From the NCBI GenBank assembly GCA_035287005.1, contig DATECH010000126.1, forward strand, positions 1-28,011: a DNA stretch of 28,011 bases, in the 5' to 3' direction. Both the position numbers and the translations under genes were made by a program. This document shows positions 25,306 to 28,011 of this stretch, piece by piece (the first letter of the stretch is position 1; each line of letters opens with the position of its first letter). This DNA is from Actinomycetota bacterium (GTDB lineage: Bacteria; Actinomycetota; UBA4738; HRBIN12). The notes beneath the pieces were generated by a model, which saw only the letters and a list, made by a program, of their open reading frames with translations, made no database searches and was not told the origin of the DNA.

Positions 25306-26246
25306 GGTCCGTCCGCGACGATCTCGGTGCCGGCCTCGCCCGTCAGGGCCGCCAGCGCTTGATCGAGATCCGCGATCACCGCGCGCGCGCCGCCGTCGGA
25401 CACGAAGTGGATCGCGGCTTCCACCTTGGGGCCCATCGAGCCCTTGCCGAACTCGCCGCGCTTCAGCAGCAACCTGGCCTCCGCCACGTCCATGCGCTCG
25501 ATCTCCTCGGGCATCAGCGAGCCGAAACCCCGCTGCACCCGCTGCACGTCGGTGAGGATCAGGAGCACCTCCGCGCTCACCTCGCGAGCAAGGATCGCGG
25601 CCGCGAGGTCCTTGTCGACCACGCCCTCCTTACCGATCAGCCGGGGTCCCTTCTCGATGACCGGCACCCCGCCCCCACCACCGGCGATCACGATCACACC
25701 GTCGGCGACGAGCCCGCGGATCACGGGCGTTTCGACGATCGAGTAGGGCTTGGGACTCGGCACGACCCGGCGCCACCCCCCGTGCGGATCCGGTTTCATC
25801 ACCCAGCCGCGCTGCTCCTCGCGCCGGTGTGCCTGTGCCTCGGTGAAGTAGGGGCCAACGTATTTCGTCGGACTCCGGAACGCCGGGTCCTGTGGGCGCA
25901 CGCGGGTCAGCGTCAGGATCGTCACGACCGGGCGCTCCATGCCGCGCTCGAAGAACACGTCACCGATCGTCACCTGCAGCAGATACCCGATCTGACCCTG
26001 ACTCTCGGCACCGCACACGTCCAGCGGCATCGGGTGCACCTGCTTCGCGGCCGCCTCCTGCTGCATCAAGATCCGACCGACCTGCGGGCCGTTGCCGTGC
26101 GTCACGACGACCTCCCAGCCCTTCGAGGCGATGTCGGCGATCCGCTCCGCTGCGACGCGGGCCGCCGCGTACATCTCCTCGTAGGTATCGGGCGCCCCTC
26201 GTCGCAGCAGCGCGTTGCCACCCAGGGCGATCACGACACGCTGCAT
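25302..26246 (-). CDS. arcC: Carbamate kinase
   Basis: VIALGGNAL, THGNGPQVG, CGAESQGQIGY, GWRRVVPSP, GGGGVPV, VVDKD, GSMGPKVEAA; SD GAAGGAG. Confidence 0.96.
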   Translation of the reverse strand: MQRVVIALGGNALLRRGAPDTYEEMYAAARVAAERIADIASKGWEVVVTHGNGPQVGRILMQQEAAAKQVHPMPLDVCGAESQGQIGYLLQVTIGDVFFERGMERPVVTILTLTRVRPQDPAFRSPTKYVGPYFTEAQAHRREEQRGWVMKPDPHGGWRRVVPSPKPYSIVETPVIRGLVADGVIVIAGGGGGVPVIEKGPRLIGKEGVVDKDLAAAILAREVSAEVLLILTDVQRVQRGFGSLMPEEIERMDVAEARLLLKRGEFGKGSMGPKVEAAIHFVSDGGARAVIADLDQALAALTGEAGTEIVADGP

Positions 26247-26284
26247 CGCGCTCCTTCCCGTCGAGGGCGCCGGAGCGCCGCCGC

Positions 26285-27595
26285 CTACAGGACCGGCGCC
26301 AAGATATCCGGGAGCTGCGGCGAATCTGGGAGCATCTCGAGGTCGTAGCGAACACGCACCGCCGGTTTGGCGATGTCGATCACGCTACGCAGGTCGATCG
26401 GCGTGCCGATCACGACAACGTCTACGTCCGCCGCGTCGATGATCTTCGCCATCTCGGCGAGCTGTCCGTCCGAGTAGCCCATCGCCGGCAGCACGTGCCC
26501 GACGTCGTACTTCTCGAAGGTCTCGGCGATCGTGCCCACCGCCCACGGTCGTGGATCGACGATCTCGGCCGCGCCCATGCGCTGCGCGGCGACCACGCCG
26601 GCTCCGATCTTCATCTCCCCGTGTGTCAGGGTCGGGCCGTCCTCGACGACCAGCACCCGCTTGCCCGCGATCGCATCCGGATCGTCGCAGCTCACGAGCG
26701 AGTTCGCCTTGGCGATGGTGGCGCTCGGATTGACCTCGGCGATCGTGCGTTCCAGCTGTGTCACCTGCTCGGGCGTGGCCGAATCGATCTTGTTGATCAG
26801 CACCACGTCGGCACCACGCAGGTTCGTCTCGCCGGGATGGTATGTCAGCTCGTGTCCGGCGCGCAGCGGGTCCACGAGAGTGATCCACACATCCGGCGTG
26901 TAGAACGGAATGTCGTTGTTGCCCCCGTCCCACAGCAAGACGTCGCACTCCGCCTGCGCCTGTTCCAGGATCGCGCCGTAGTCGACGCCCGCGTAGATCA
27001 CCGTGCCGCTGGCGATGTGCGGCTCGTACTCCTCGCGCTCCTCGATCGTGCACTTGTGCAGGTCGAGATCCGACAACGCGGCGAACCGCTGGACCGCCTG
27101 GGCGGCGAGGTCGCCATACGGCATCGGGTGTCGCACCGCGACCACACGCTTGCCGGCGTCCTTCAACGCCCCCGCCACGGCGCGGGTCGTCTGGGACTTC
27201 CCGACGCCCGTGCGCACGGCGGTGACCGCGACGGTCGGCACCGTGGCCCTGATCATGGTCGCGTCCGGACCCAGCAGCACGAAGTTGGCCCCGGCCGCCA
27301 TGACGGTCGACGCGGTATGCATCACGTACTCGTGCCGCACGTCGGAATAGCTGAACACGACGTCGTCGACGTCGAGCTCACGGATCAACCGCACAAGCTC
27401 CGACTCGTCGTAGATCTGGATCCCGTCGGGGTAGTGCGCGCCGGCGAGGGAGGCGGGGTAGCGCCGATCGTTGATGAAGGGGATCTGTGTGGCTGTGAAC
27501 GCCACGACCGTCGAGCCGGCATCGTCGCGATACACGGTGTTGAAGTTGTGGAAGTCGCGCCCAGCGGCACCCATGATCAGCACTCGACGTGGCAT
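26285..27595 (-). CDS. arcE: Arginine synthetase ArcE-like P-loop protein (often annotated as cyclic 2,3-diphosphoglycerate synthase family or GTPase)
   Basis: RVLIMGAAGRDFHNFN, VAFTATQIP, P-loop RTGVGKSQT, RHPMPYG, CTIEEREEYEPH, WDGGNND, VEDGPTLTHG, PAMGY. Directly upstream of arcC; SD GAAAGGA. Confidence 0.72.
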   Translation of the reverse strand: MPRRVLIMGAAGRDFHNFNTVYRDDAGSTVVAFTATQIPFINDRRYPASLAGAHYPDGIQIYDESELVRLIRELDVDDVVFSYSDVRHEYVMHTASTVMAAGANFVLLGPDATMIRATVPTVAVTAVRTGVGKSQTTRAVAGALKDAGKRVVAVRHPMPYGDLAAQAVQRFAALSDLDLHKCTIEEREEYEPHIASGTVIYAGVDYGAILEQAQAECDVLLWDGGNNDIPFYTPDVWITLVDPLRAGHELTYHPGETNLRGADVVLINKIDSATPEQVTQLERTIAEVNPSATIAKANSLVSCDDPDAIAGKRVLVVEDGPTLTHGEMKIGAGVVAAQRMGAAEIVDPRPWAVGTIAETFEKYDVGHVLPAMGYSDGQLAEMAKIIDAADVDVVVIGTPIDLRSVIDIAKPAVRVRYDLEMLPDSPQLPDILAPVL

Positions 27596-27712
27596 AACCG
27601 GATCCTTTCCGCTCGAAGACATCTGATGCGCGGAAGGCCCGGGCCCGAAGCACACCGGCCCCGCTCTTCGAGCCGGACTCTACTCCATCGAAGCCGCACC
27701 ACTTCCGCCGCA

Positions 27713-27733
27713 GTCGGGCAGATGCCACCCGAC
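27713..27733 (-). terminator. Possible terminator hairpin after the MBL gene
   Basis: GTCGGG-N9-CCCGAC (extendable with G.U pairs), 14 nt after the stop at 27748; no U-tract. Confidence 0.35.
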
Positions 27734-27747
27734 GGCGGATCGTGCGC

Positions 27748-28011
27748 TCACGGCGGCGACGCCACCCACCCATCATCGGTGACGACGCCGAAGGGCTTCG
27801 CAAAGTGCGACACTCCCACCCGCCATCCGTGCGTCTGGGCCCGCCAGAGCAGCAGCCGGCGAGACGCCACTCCGAGCAGCGCATCCTCGTCGTGCGACGA
27901 CGGCCACATGGGGTTGGCCACGTGCGTGGGCTGGTGCAACAGGTCGCCCGTGAGCAGGAGCGCCTCACCGCGGTCTCGCACCAACACGGCGCGATGTCCG
28001 GGGGTGTGACC
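27748..28011 (-). CDS. MBL-fold metallo-hydrolase, partial (C-terminal part only)
   Basis: GHTPGHRAVLVRD...LLLTGDLLH...SHF; the frame is open to the window edge. Confidence 0.85.
   Translation of the reverse strand, partial: GHTPGHRAVLVRDRGEALLLTGDLLHQPTHVANPMWPSSHDEDALLGVASRRLLLWRAQTHGWRVGVSHFAKPFGVVTDDGWVASPP

Noticed and set aside
26285-27595. Cyclic 2,3-diphosphoglycerate synthase as the function of this gene
   Set aside because: The N-terminal GAAGRDFHNFN motif and linkage to carbamate kinase fit the ArcE branch better; no 2-phosphoglycerate kinase is nearby. Needs a phylogeny to be decisive.
25892-28009. 705-aa plus-strand ORF and other long Arg/Pro/Ala-rich ORFs in the track (e.g. 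44-817, 1734-2951, 21745-22836)
   Set aside because: Shadow or alternative frames of arcC/arcE, rsmH, MoxR and ltaE; low-complexity composition and no start signals.

Overview
About 70% GC, gene-dense, apparently chromosomal DNA from an actinobacterium (inferred from TCGAAC-N4-GTTCGA LexA boxes, TAGnnT leaderless promoters, and the DUF3040/MoxR-DUF58-transglutaminase/mraZ neighbourhood). I saw no mobile element, CRISPR array, tRNA or rRNA. From left to right: the start of the dcw cluster (HNH nuclease, mraZ, an unannotated 43-aa membrane ORF, partial rsmH); a MoxR-DUF58-transglutaminase operon; a MerR regulator; DUF3040; a LexA-boxed mutagenesis operon (stand-alone ImuB-C-like DUF6504, MBL hydrolase, dnaE2, catalytically intact dinB); DUF402; a membrane protein; a cysteine-desulfurase-like PLP enzyme lacking the catalytic Cys; sqdB followed by a DUF2304-GT2 fusion; an M50-like pseudo-protease; a 4-PASTA Ser/Thr kinase; a Mo-oxidoreductase with ltaE; tandem PPi-type and ATP-type phosphofructokinases; an unannotated 49-aa membrane ORF; carbamate kinase with an arginine-synthetase (ArcE)-like gene; and a partial MBL hydrolase. 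Best leads: (1) a LexA box at the mraZ promoter plus a small membrane protein wedged between mraZ and rsmH, a possible new SOS-division link; (2) sqdB plus a PpgS-type GT2-DUF2304 fusion, a possible polyprenyl-phosphate-linked sulfoquinovose pathway; (3) an ImuA/ImuB-less mutasome with an extra MBL gene; (4) an arcE-arcC arginine synthetase module in an actinobacterium. All family assignments come from motif recognition by eye; no database searches were run.
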